Positions 1 to 8,443 of a DNA stretch of 18,399 nucleotides are shown here, one piece after another. How positions within the stretch are numbered: the first letter of the stretch is position 1; each line of letters begins with the position of its first letter. The stretch is from Bdellovibrionota bacterium. Its GTDB lineage: Bacteria > Bdellovibrionota > UBA1018 > UBA923. The notes below the pieces were generated by a model, which saw nothing but the letters and a program-made list of their open reading frames with translations, was not told the DNA's origin and did no database searches. Position numbers and translations under genes: made by a program. The stretch spans positions 1 to 18,399 of the forward strand of contig JBFMCE010000080.1 in NCBI GenBank assembly GCA_040754655.1, written 5' to 3'.

Positions 1-522
1 CCTTCTGGTGAGAGTTTTGCAAACTTTCATAGAAGTGTTGCAGGTAGAATAGCGAAGTCGATACTGGGGAAGCTTAGGGAGAAGCAAGCATTGAGCTCAC
101 GAAAGCTCAAGGCCAATACCAGCACCGTCACCGTCACCGTCAGTACCAGCTCGACTAGCAGCACTGGCGTCGGCGCTGGCGCCAGCGTCAGTACTAGCAC
201 TGGTACTGCTAGCGGCGGTGGCATCAACCCCACCACTATGCCCGCGACCCTTTCCCGCGCTGGAGTCGGAGTCGGAGTTCGGAACTGGGTCGACGCCGGT
301 ATCAAGACCGGCGCCGGAGTTTCTCTCAATGGTCTCCCTCTCACAGCACTCTGGAAACAGCGTCTCTGGTCTCGCACAGTGAAGTATGGCAGAGATCTTA
401 CCAACACCGTCCGCTACATTTTTCAGAACCCAGTAAAATCAGGAGTGCTGGATCTTCTGCAGACAGATCGCATCCTGTTTGATGAAAAAGGCGTGCTAAA
501 GAAGATGCCGCTGTTGCTATGA
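1..522 (+). CDS. RAYT/TnpA(REP)-like Y1 HUH transposase, 5'-truncated by the window edge, with a Ser/Thr/Gly/Val low-complexity insert
   Basis: Frame 1 is open from base 1 (PSGESFANFHRSVAGRIAKSILG...) to TGA at 520-522, so the TTG at 91 is not the start. The C-terminal LWKQRLWSRTVKYGRDLTNTVRYIFQNPVKSG matches the RAYT-type W..R...R....(Y)I..NP.K.G signature, with the putative catalytic Tyr at 415-417. The HUH motif would lie upstream of the window. Confidence 0.75.
   Translation, partial: PSGESFANFHRSVAGRIAKSILGKLREKQALSSRKLKANTSTVTVTVSTSSTSSTGVGAGASVSTSTGTASGGGINPTTMPATLSRAGVGVGVRNWVDAGIKTGAGVSLNGLPLTALWKQRLWSRTVKYGRDLTNTVRYIFQNPVKSGVLDLLQTDRILFDEKGVLKKMPLLL
118..320 (+). repeat. Low-complexity hexamer-periodic tract inside the transposase gene
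   Basis: ACCGTC x3, GGAGTC/GGAGTT repeats and ACTAGC/ACTGGC/GCCAGC-like units, encoding TSTVTVTVSTSSTSSTGVGAGASVSTSTGT...AGVGVGV. Confidence 0.8.
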
Positions 523-656
523 ACCCTGCAATCCTCAAAAAAAATTCTGTCGCTGTTGTTATAAGCTGCCAATCACCGGAACCAAATCCGCTGCTCTTCC
601 GTCCTAACGAAACACAATCCGCGACTTCCAGCACCGAAGGTGGCATGGCCTCAGAG

Positions 657-877
657 TTCACAAAAACCGCATATGGATTCCGAATTAAACCGGTTTACGA
701 AACCTGCTACCCGACCTCAGGGCTCGTCGGGGTAAATCCCTTAAATTTAAAGTGTTTACTAAGGTTCCCAGGGCAGCCAACCGAGCAAAGGCGATACACT
801 CGCGATACAATTGTTGACTATATTAATCAACAATTGTATCCTCTCGCCCATTGTCGATCGCAGAGCGGTTTTGTGAA
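657..877. repeat. ~220-bp segment bounded by near-perfect inverted repeats, with internal palindromes (MITE/REPIN-like or structured leader)
   Basis: TTCACAAAAACCGC (657-670) pairs with GCGGTTTTGTGAA (865-877) with a 1-nt bulge. Internal elements: TAAACCGGTTTA (686-697), CCCGAC..GTCGGG (710-731), TTAAATTTAA (741-750) and a 14-bp inverted repeat at 804-840. Confidence 0.5.
804..840. promoter_or_regulatory. Perfect 14-bp inverted repeat (operator, cruciform or RNA stem)
   Basis: GATACAATTGTTGA-ctatattaa-TCAACAATTGTATC. Each arm contains the palindrome ACAATTGT, and outer GGCGA (790-794)/TCGCC (844-848) can extend the stem. It lies 50 bp upstream of the ATG at 891. The function is inferred. Confidence 0.55.
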
Positions 878-890
878 GGAGATCTTAACG

Positions 891-2084
891 ATGTTGCGTG
901 AAGTTTCGGTTCTTGTTGCTGTTGGAGTTTTGGGGTTGGTTAATGCCGCCTCTGCAAAACTTGTCGCTGGTCCTTGTAAAGAGATTACAGGTAAGATCTC
1001 TGCAGCCGTCGCTACCGAAAGAAAAGAGCTCGAGCCTTTTGCTGAGGCTGCGGCAGCGATCACGGTTGAGTTTTTACGGCAGTTCGAGCAAGATCCGGGG
1101 TTGCAAGGGAGATTGGCACTTCAGCTTCTAGGTCAGTGGCACCACAAGGCCGATGCTGAAGCAGCACTGCTTTCATTCTTAAAAAAGTCATATGATACCG
1201 TATTTACTCCTGAGTCGAGCTATTTGAGCTTGATTGAGCGTACTGCCCCCCAGCCGTCTGCCCCTACCGTCTCAAAGGAACTAGCAGAAGCTTATGATCG
1301 ACCCGAAGGCACTCTAGAAGGGTCTGTTGCGCTTAGTGTTGTGCCACAATCTGGTCCTATTCCACACAGGGTTGACTATGGTCTAGTAGGGAGGGCACAG
1401 AGCTTAACTGAAATACAAGGGCATCGAGTCCCCTGGCATGCCTTAGAAGAAGGCGTTACTTATGGTTTGTTCGATATAAATAAAGAATCTGAATCGCCGG
1501 TGGGACGGCTCTCTGAATACAAAAAACAATATGGCCTGGTTAGTAGGAGATGGGTCCATCTTTATCGCAAAGATTCTAAAACGAACGTGACAGGACAACG
1601 TGACGTCGATGCAATAAATCGATTTCCTGTAGTTTACTTAGAAGTCTCCGATCAGTCTTACCATATTACGGCATGTGCCGTTGAAGCACAAATTGAAGGT
1701 GGCATAGCTTCTCTAGGATTTTGGGATGACTATGCAGTGCTTGGATGGCACGAGTTTTTAAAAATTAAAAAACGCGCCTGCACCACAATCGACCTAGTAG
1801 ACGAGAATCAGACAGAAATCGTCCAATTGGTAAAAGCCAATAAACAGATTGCGATCAAGAACCTTGTTGAACGTATGATTTTGGGGCGTTTAGATGAGAT
1901 CTATAACGGCACCCACGGCAATAATTTAGCTGATCTTTCGGGCCGAATTTCTCCATTTAAATTAGAACTCAAAAGACGCAGTCCCAGATGTCACGACCAA
2001 ATGTACGGTCGAGAACAAAACTTCTTGGAAGCAGTTTTCGACCCGCGTTATTGGGGCGAAGCGCTCGAGCTTTTGGAAAAGTAA
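891..2084 (+). CDS. Hypothetical secreted protein (~397 aa); start revised from 519 to 891
   Basis: AAGGAG (876-881) lies 9 nt before the in-frame ATG at 891, which is followed by a Sec-type signal peptide MLREVSVLVAVGVLGLVNAASA|K. No family recognised. Confidence 0.75.
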   Translation: MLREVSVLVAVGVLGLVNAASAKLVAGPCKEITGKISAAVATERKELEPFAEAAAAITVEFLRQFEQDPGLQGRLALQLLGQWHHKADAEAALLSFLKKSYDTVFTPESSYLSLIERTAPQPSAPTVSKELAEAYDRPEGTLEGSVALSVVPQSGPIPHRVDYGLVGRAQSLTEIQGHRVPWHALEEGVTYGLFDINKESESPVGRLSEYKKQYGLVSRRWVHLYRKDSKTNVTGQRDVDAINRFPVVYLEVSDQSYHITACAVEAQIEGGIASLGFWDDYAVLGWHEFLKIKKRACTTIDLVDENQTEIVQLVKANKQIAIKNLVERMILGRLDEIYNGTHGNNLADLSGRISPFKLELKRRSPRCHDQMYGREQNFLEAVFDPRYWGEALELLEK

Positions 2085-2198
2085 AACGGATCCTGGTAGC
2101 AGTTTTACCGACTTCAGATTACTGATTTCGGTTGACGGAATTCGGATTCAGCCTAGATTCGGAAACGGTCCCGGTTTGCAGCATAAAATTCTGCAATC

Positions 2199-2227
2199 TT
2201 GTCTTGCCCTGACGCCCTTCCTAGACT
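2199..2227 (+). promoter_or_regulatory. Sigma70-like promoter giving a near-leaderless transcript
   Basis: TTGTCT (2199-2204) - 17 bp - TAGACT (2222-2227). The ATG is at 2239 and there is no Shine-Dalgarno. Confidence 0.5.
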
Positions 2228-2238
2228 AGGCCATTCTC

Positions 2239-3864
2239 ATGACGATAAGAAAACTTTTCACTTTCGCACTCTTAATGCTTATAGGAACCAGCGCTTGGGC
2301 CAACGTCTTGAAGCTCAGCAAGACCATTGGGTTTGAACCTTCTGGCACATTTGCTTTGATGGGAAAATTCCCGAAATCCGATAACTTTGTGGTGGGCATC
2401 GATCATGGCGGGCATAAGACGAGCAGAGTCTCACTTCGATTTTTTGATCGTAACGGGGTTGATCTAAAGAAGTTTGAGCGAGAGGAAGAGTTTGTCGCGT
2501 ATTCGATTGCGTGGGACAAGATGTACCTGTTCACGGCCTCGATAGGAGGTTACTACCAAGTCGGTGGAAAAATACCATACGCTCGTAAAGCACTGAAGGC
2601 TCATACCCTTTATGTATTGGGTGAAAAGGGACGTGTGCTGAGCGAGACGCCACTACCGCAGACATGGCTTCTTCCCTTTGCTAAAACAGGTCATTGGCAA
2701 GACTCGATTGAAGGCAGGAGCAATCTCTTTGTATCAAATGGTCCCTACAGGCTTCAGTCTTTGAACAGCGGGCTTTTTCCTGTTCTACTCGTTGATGAAA
2801 TCAAATCCGAAATTAGATTTTATGATGAAAAGGGCAAATCTCGTCATGTCTTTGAGACTCCTCAGTTGATCCGGTCCATGACTGTGGTGGGCGAAGATAC
2901 CATTGTGGCGCTGTGGACCAATAAGGAAAAGAAAACGAGCGGCTATCTTTTTTTCAATGGAAGGGGCGAGCTCAAAGGTTCGCATCAAGCGACCGGAGCA
3001 TTTGATTTTCGGGGAGTGCTTGAGGATGGGACCATTTTACTTCAAAAATATATCTTCAGCGAAGACGGCTCTCTTGCTGAACGCGCAGAGTTTTTCTTTG
3101 TAAACCCGGCAGGGCTGATCAAACACCAACTCGAAGTTCCATTTAATCGCAATTATATTTACCGCCCCAACGGGGTTTCCGCGGGGGCGTTTTCAACTGG
3201 AAGTTACATTTTGGCGCTGGGTTTGAGGCCGGAAGTCTACTTCATCCAACCAGATGGAAAAGTCACGAAACACGTTGCGACTGCTCAAGGATATAGAGAG
3301 TTTGGAACAAATGACATTGCGATGTTGGGCAATGACACAGTTGCCTTGGAAATGGGTACTCGTGATGTCGAAAAAGGAGGGGCGCAAGCCTTTGTCTTTT
3401 ACTTTGACCATGAAGGGCGATTTCTGAAGCGAGAAGACATGAGGGCAAACCAACTCATGGCAATCCGTCCGCTAGGTGACCAGGCCGTGGTCTATTCCGT
3501 ACATAATTCCGACGACAATGTCGGAACGGGTCTCTTGATAGCAGGTGGAGCAAATCATGTCCTGTCGACTTCGAGCATCGAAACAGGTTTAGGGTTTTCT
3601 GGCGGTTTGCGAGATGCTCTTCCTCTCAAGCCTGGTCACACGTTGCTTTTTACCGAAAAGTCGATCCATTGGGTGAATGACCAGCTTCATGAACTTGGAC
3701 GTTTTCAGACAAAACACGGAGTGCAGGCCGTGCAGCGGGCGGGCGATCTTCTTGTAGTCGCGGAAGGCAATTATTGTTGGGGTTTACACCCCTGTTCCGC
3801 GTCAGGAAAGGTTCGGTTGAATTTACTTTCGATTCAGGACTCACAGTCAATCGTCTCACAATGA
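2239..3864 (+). CDS. Hypothetical secreted protein, probable beta-propeller (541 aa)
   Basis: Signal peptide MTIRKLFTFALLMLIGTSAWA|N. Recurring blade-like motifs: RFFDRNG, RFYDEKG, LFFNGRG, FFVNPAG, YFIQPDG, FYFDHEG. Confidence 0.75.
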   Translation: MTIRKLFTFALLMLIGTSAWANVLKLSKTIGFEPSGTFALMGKFPKSDNFVVGIDHGGHKTSRVSLRFFDRNGVDLKKFEREEEFVAYSIAWDKMYLFTASIGGYYQVGGKIPYARKALKAHTLYVLGEKGRVLSETPLPQTWLLPFAKTGHWQDSIEGRSNLFVSNGPYRLQSLNSGLFPVLLVDEIKSEIRFYDEKGKSRHVFETPQLIRSMTVVGEDTIVALWTNKEKKTSGYLFFNGRGELKGSHQATGAFDFRGVLEDGTILLQKYIFSEDGSLAERAEFFFVNPAGLIKHQLEVPFNRNYIYRPNGVSAGAFSTGSYILALGLRPEVYFIQPDGKVTKHVATAQGYREFGTNDIAMLGNDTVALEMGTRDVEKGGAQAFVFYFDHEGRFLKREDMRANQLMAIRPLGDQAVVYSVHNSDDNVGTGLLIAGGANHVLSTSSIETGLGFSGGLRDALPLKPGHTLLFTEKSIHWVNDQLHELGRFQTKHGVQAVQRAGDLLVVAEGNYCWGLHPCSASGKVRLNLLSIQDSQSIVSQ

Positions 3865-5538
3865 CGGTGTCAGCACCACTTTTCCAACGCGTTCACCCGA
3901 GACGGTGATTTCAATCTTTGTGCCTGGTTTTCCTGAAACGACCCATTCCACTTTGGCGCGGTTGTCAGTCGGGCCGCACACTAATCCGAATGCGGCTAGG
4001 TCAAGCTTATTGCTTCGTCCTTCAAGATGACCAAACTCTTGAGTCTCGGCGCCTGAGATCAACGAGAGGCCACTGCCTGTCGGTAGCTTAAGAGCCGCTC
4101 TCACAGGCCGAGTGCAAACGCGTTTCTTGCCCTGAACACTTGTGTAGGTCGGAAGGAAGCCGGTGTTTTCAACGACAAGCACGATGCGATGTTTGTCGTT
4201 ACCCAATGCCTCGATCTTAAGATCATGTACCTCGAGGTGAGGCAAGACTTCAGCCATTGATAAGGCAAAGTGTACATTTTTCTTGGCTTCTGCGCCCATG
4301 AGCCCATGCGGTGGGTTGCGCCAGGTGTAGAGCATGTTCCAGCCGCCCAATTCAACCTTTCCTAATTGAGGATGGTCAAACGCATACCAGTCAACATAAG
4401 CGTCTTTGCCTGCATTTTTCCCAGCCCACTTTAAAACTTTTACATCGTCTTCGTGCGAATGGTCTCTAAACCAATCAACGAGGTTGTTCGCCCTCTCAAT
4501 GCCCGCATGTTTCAAGATGTCCCAGATTTCAACGGTAAAGGTGAAGATGCCCAGATGGTCGTAGAGCCAGTCATCTGCAGTTCCTGTGATGGTTTCTTTT
4601 GGATGATATTTGAGAAGCTTGTAAGTCGAACCGGCGTAGTAGCCGGTGAGTTCGGCGCCCCGCTTTTCAAGCCGTTGATAAACCCAAAGATCACCGGCTT
4701 CCATCTTCTCATCAGGCGCATCATAGGGGCGCAAGAGCGCGCCACTGTAGGTGTGGTAGCAGAGTGCGACATTGATGTTGGGATGAGACGAGACGAAGCT
4801 CACCATGGCTCGAATTTCAGGTTCAGATGCGGCAAAGGGGCCTGCCCCTTTTTGGTCTGAATCTGGGCGCCAGTTTGAAGGAAAGTTGCGGTTGAAATCA
4901 AGGCCCGCAAGAGGGCGCGCCTGTTTAATGACATAACCATCGTAATTGTGGATGCGGCCTTCTGGCAATAATCGATAGTATTGGCCCCCATTTTCATCAT
5001 GCCTGCGTTTTTGCATGAGCTTTGAATTGAGCGAGCTCACTTTCCAATCGCCGCTAGGGTCTGGAATGCGCATCTGCAAGATGCGCCCATCTTGATCGAT
5101 GTCTTCAAGGTGAATGCCATCTTCGGGTTCAGACCAAGGGTAAGCTCTCACGCCCGAGCGAAAAAACTCAGGCTTTTTCGCCAACGCACGTTCGGCACCG
5201 TCAGGGTTGAGCCTCGGAGCGCAGTAAAACGTAGAGGTCGCGAGTAACCGCGAAACTACGGGATCTCCGCTTTTCTTTCCTTTGAGCAACTCCTCGATGA
5301 TGTTGAGCACCACAGTCGTACCAGCGAGTTCAGTCGAGTGAATATTCGCATCAAACCAAACCGCAGGCTTGTTTTCGGCTGCGCCGGTACTGAAGTCGGT
5401 CAGGGTCATGAGCCAAATCGGCTTGTTCTCATGGCTCCTTCCAATTTCTTGCAATTGACAAATATCTTTATGGTCTTTTGCCCAGAGCTTGAGATGTTTT
5501 TCGAGTTCGTCATTGGTGAAATAGTGATTGAAGTCCAT
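3856..5538 (-). CDS. M14-family zinc carboxypeptidase (likely start MDFNHYF at 5538 rather than 5583)
   Basis: N-terminal YFTNDEL...IGRSHENKPIW, zinc motif DANIHSTE (HxxE), PRLNPDG, DFNRNFP, SEPE, YHTYSG (third Zn ligand) and FTVE (catalytic Glu). No signal peptide. Confidence 0.92.
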   Translation of the reverse strand: MDFNHYFTNDELEKHLKLWAKDHKDICQLQEIGRSHENKPIWLMTLTDFSTGAAENKPAVWFDANIHSTELAGTTVVLNIIEELLKGKKSGDPVVSRLLATSTFYCAPRLNPDGAERALAKKPEFFRSGVRAYPWSEPEDGIHLEDIDQDGRILQMRIPDPSGDWKVSSLNSKLMQKRRHDENGGQYYRLLPEGRIHNYDGYVIKQARPLAGLDFNRNFPSNWRPDSDQKGAGPFAASEPEIRAMVSFVSSHPNINVALCYHTYSGALLRPYDAPDEKMEAGDLWVYQRLEKRGAELTGYYAGSTYKLLKYHPKETITGTADDWLYDHLGIFTFTVEIWDILKHAGIERANNLVDWFRDHSHEDDVKVLKWAGKNAGKDAYVDWYAFDHPQLGKVELGGWNMLYTWRNPPHGLMGAEAKKNVHFALSMAEVLPHLEVHDLKIEALGNDKHRIVLVVENTGFLPTYTSVQGKKRVCTRPVRAALKLPTGSGLSLISGAETQEFGHLEGRSNKLDLAAFGLVCGPTDNRAKVEWVVSGKPGTKIEITVSGERVGKVVLTPSL

Positions 5539-5543
5539 AAGGC

Positions 5544-5573
5544 ATCGTAATCGACAGTTCCGCGCATTGACAA
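5544..5573 (-). promoter_or_regulatory. Sigma70-like promoter for a leaderless carboxypeptidase mRNA
   Basis: On the minus strand: TTGTCA (5573-5568) - 18 bp - TACGAT (5549-5544) - 5 nt - ATG (5538), with no Shine-Dalgarno. Confidence 0.5.
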
Positions 5574-5625
5574 GAGGTGGCATCCCTCATATGACCCAAA
5601 CCCATATAGCGATCAATTGGGGAGG
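5567..5625 (+). promoter_or_regulatory. Putative promoter and RBS of the ALDH-gabT operon
   Basis: Perfect TTGACA (5567-5572), a weak TATGAC 17 bp later (5590-5595), and GGAGG (5621-5625) before the ATG at 5637. Confidence 0.4.
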
Positions 5626-5636
5626 ATAGAATTCAG

Positions 5637-7103
5637 ATGAAAACCTACGATATGCTCATCGGAGGCAAGTGGGTGCAAGCCCGTTCAAAAGCCACACGTG
5701 AAATCCGCGACCCCGCAAATGGTGAATTGATCGCCAAGGTGCCCGAGTCCGCAAAAGAAGATGTCGTAGCGGCGATTGATGCGGCTAGAGCCGCTTTTGA
5801 CGAAGGGCCATGGCGGAAAACCACAGCACTTGATCGAGGCAAGTTGCTCTTTCGACTGGCGGATGCCATTCGAGCGGAAGCCAAAAAACTTGCCGAGCTT
5901 GAAACGAGAAATTGTGGCAAGCCCCTGACCGAGGCTGAGTTTGATATTGCCGATGCCGCCAACTGTTTTGAGTTCTATGCAGGATTAGCCACCAAGATTC
6001 ATGGCGAAACCATGCCGGTGCCGGCGAACTCGGTGAGTTTTGTGGTTCGAGAGCCGATCGGCGTGTGTGGCCAGATCATCCCGTGGAATTATCCGCTTCT
6101 CATGGCTTCGTGGAAGCTTGCTCCGGCGCTTGCAGCTGGAAATACATGCATCTTAAAACCCTCAGAGCTTACTCCGTTAACCGCACTTGAGCTTGGCCGT
6201 ATTCTCTCGCAGCTCGAATTTCCTGCGGGTGTCGTGAACATCCTCACAGGACCGGGCGCGGGAGCGGGTGAAGAGCTCGCCTCGAATCCCAGAATCGACA
6301 AGGTGGCTTTTACTGGCGGAACGGTCACTGGCAGGAAGGTCATGACGGCGGCGACGGGGAACCTCAAGAAGGTCTCTCTTGAATTGGGCGGCAAGAATCC
6401 CAACATTGTTTTTGCGGATGCTGACTTCGAATCGGCAGTGGATGGAGCGCTTTTTGGCGCATTCGCCAATCAGGGCGAGGTCTGTTCGGCGGGTTCAAGG
6501 CTATTGGTTGAACGCAGCATTCATAAACCTTTGGTCGAAGCCATGTTAAAAAAGGTGCCTCGCATAAAGCTTGGGCATGGTTTGCAACCCGGTACAAAGA
6601 TGGGCCCCCTAGTTTCATCGCAACACCGTGAAAAAGTCGAATCGTACATTCGCATCGGCGTGGAAGAGGGCGCAAAACTTGTCTGCGGCGGAAAACGCCC
6701 GTCGGGCAAAGAGTTTGAAGGTGGAAACTTCTTAGAGCCCACTATCTTTGATCAAGTCAAACCCACGATGCGCATTGCTCGGGAAGAAATCTTTGGGCCA
6801 GTGCTCTCAGTCATTCCTTTCGAGAATGAAGAGGAAGCCATTCGCATCGCCAATGACACCGAGTACGGACTTGCCGCCGCCGTGTGGACAAAGAATATCT
6901 CTAAGGCCATGCGGGTGATTCGAGAGATCAGGGCTGGCATCACTTGGATCAACACTTACCATCCGACTTTCAACGAGCTCCCTTGGGGTGGTTATAAACA
7001 AAGCGGTTCGGGCCGAGAGCTTGGATTGCATGGCGTGGAAGAATATCTCGAAACCAAACAGATCAACATCAACCTCGATGAGGCGCCGATCGGCTGGTAC
7101 TAA
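5637..7103 (+). CDS. NAD(P)-dependent aldehyde dehydrogenase (aminoaldehyde/betaine-aldehyde dehydrogenase-like)
   Basis: Motifs IIPWNYP, KPSE, FTGG, LELGGKNP (catalytic Glu), GEVCSAG (catalytic Cys), EEIFGPV and PWGGYKQSG. The substrate is inferred from gene context. Confidence 0.95.
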   Translation: MKTYDMLIGGKWVQARSKATREIRDPANGELIAKVPESAKEDVVAAIDAARAAFDEGPWRKTTALDRGKLLFRLADAIRAEAKKLAELETRNCGKPLTEAEFDIADAANCFEFYAGLATKIHGETMPVPANSVSFVVREPIGVCGQIIPWNYPLLMASWKLAPALAAGNTCILKPSELTPLTALELGRILSQLEFPAGVVNILTGPGAGAGEELASNPRIDKVAFTGGTVTGRKVMTAATGNLKKVSLELGGKNPNIVFADADFESAVDGALFGAFANQGEVCSAGSRLLVERSIHKPLVEAMLKKVPRIKLGHGLQPGTKMGPLVSSQHREKVESYIRIGVEEGAKLVCGGKRPSGKEFEGGNFLEPTIFDQVKPTMRIAREEIFGPVLSVIPFENEEEAIRIANDTEYGLAAAVWTKNISKAMRVIREIRAGITWINTYHPTFNELPWGGYKQSGSGRELGLHGVEEYLETKQININLDEAPIGWY

Positions 7104-7108
7104 AATTT

Positions 7109-8443
7109 ATGACGAGCATTAAAATTAAAACAGCGATTCCGGGCCCAAAGAGCAAAGCCCTCATGCAGCAAAGGCTTGCAGCCGTTGCTCGTGGCCCATT
7201 TCATTCAACCCCGGTCTTCATTTCAAGAGCGAGCGGCGCTTTGATCGAAGATGTTGATGGAAATCAGCTTCTGGATTTTGCCTCGGGCATTGGAGTGGTG
7301 AATGTCGGGCATTCGCCGGAAGCGTTGGTAAGGGCGGTTCAAGAACAAGCCGCGAAGTTTTTGCACGCAGGCTTCAATGTGACGCCCTATGAGAGCTACA
7401 TTCGCCTGGCTGAAAAACTCAATCAAGCGGTGCCAGGAAATTTTCCAAAAAAAACTCTCTTGGTCAATAGTGGCGCCGAAGCAGTTGAGAATGCGATTAA
7501 GATCGCACGAGCTGCAACCGGCAGGCAGGCGATCTTGTGTTTCGATCATGGGTTTCATGGGCGCACGTACATGGCCATGACGCTCACGTCAAAGGTGAAG
7601 CCCTACAAAGCAGGGTTCGGACCTTTCAATCCTGAGGTCTATCGCGCCCCATTTCCTTATGCATATCGGTGGCCAGGCGGTCTTGACGAGAAAGAAGTCT
7701 CGGCCGAATGTTTGAAGCGTTTTATCGAAGTCGTTGAAACTCAAGTCGGAGCCCAAAACGTGGCAGCCGTGATTCTAGAGCCCGTGCTGGGTGAAGGGGG
7801 CTTTGTGCCCGCACCACGCGAATTTTTGGCGGGCCTTCGTGAGTACTGCACAAAACAAGGCGTTTTAATCATCGCAGACGAGATTCAAACGGGCTTCGGA
7901 CGAACGGGAACTCTGTTTGCCTCAGAACAATTAGGGCTTGTTGCCGACCTCACCACGCTTGCCAAGGGTTTGGGTGGTGGGTTGCCGCTAGCGGCTGTCG
8001 TTGGAAAAGCTGAGATCATGGATGCTCCGATCGAAGGCGGGGTAGGTGGCACCTATGGAGGAAATCCGGTAGCCTGCGCTTCAGCACTTGCTGTTTTTGA
8101 TGCCTTTGAGAACCAAGGGCTTTTGCGTCGGGCTGTTGCGATTGGAGAGCAGGTCTCAAAACGACTTCGTGGTTGGAAAGAAAAGTTCTCTTCTGTGGGG
8201 GATGTGCGAGGTTTGGGGCCCATGCAGGCTATAGAACTCGTAAAAAACAAATCAACGAAAGAACCCAATCGTGAACTCGCAGGTGCTCTGACGAAATACT
8301 GTTATGAACATGGGGTTGTGAGTTTGACTGCCGGTACGTTTGGAAACGTGGTGCGTTTGTTGGTGCCTCTGGTGATTGAGTCTGAGCAACTTGATGAGGG
8401 CCTTGATGTCATGGAGTCTGGTCTTAAGGAGCTGGGCGCATGA
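7109..8443 (+). CDS. gabT: 4-aminobutyrate (or 5-aminovalerate) aminotransferase, class III PLP enzyme
   Basis: Motifs DVDGNQLLDFASGIGVVNVGH, NSGAEAVENAIKIAR, FHGRTYMAM, EPVLGEGGF, DEIQTGFGRTG, LAKGLGGGLPL (PLP Lys) and GGTYGGNP. Confidence 0.9.
   Translation: MTSIKIKTAIPGPKSKALMQQRLAAVARGPFHSTPVFISRASGALIEDVDGNQLLDFASGIGVVNVGHSPEALVRAVQEQAAKFLHAGFNVTPYESYIRLAEKLNQAVPGNFPKKTLLVNSGAEAVENAIKIARAATGRQAILCFDHGFHGRTYMAMTLTSKVKPYKAGFGPFNPEVYRAPFPYAYRWPGGLDEKEVSAECLKRFIEVVETQVGAQNVAAVILEPVLGEGGFVPAPREFLAGLREYCTKQGVLIIADEIQTGFGRTGTLFASEQLGLVADLTTLAKGLGGGLPLAAVVGKAEIMDAPIEGGVGGTYGGNPVACASALAVFDAFENQGLLRRAVAIGEQVSKRLRGWKEKFSSVGDVRGLGPMQAIELVKNKSTKEPNRELAGALTKYCYEHGVVSLTAGTFGNVVRLLVPLVIESEQLDEGLDVMESGLKELGA

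Noticed and set aside
519..890. 124-aa N-terminal extension of the 521-aa ORF overlapping the transposase stop (ATGA)
   Set aside because: The RBS and signal peptide at 891 and the palindrome-rich sequence argue that it is non-coding, although the frame is open and translational coupling cannot be fully excluded.
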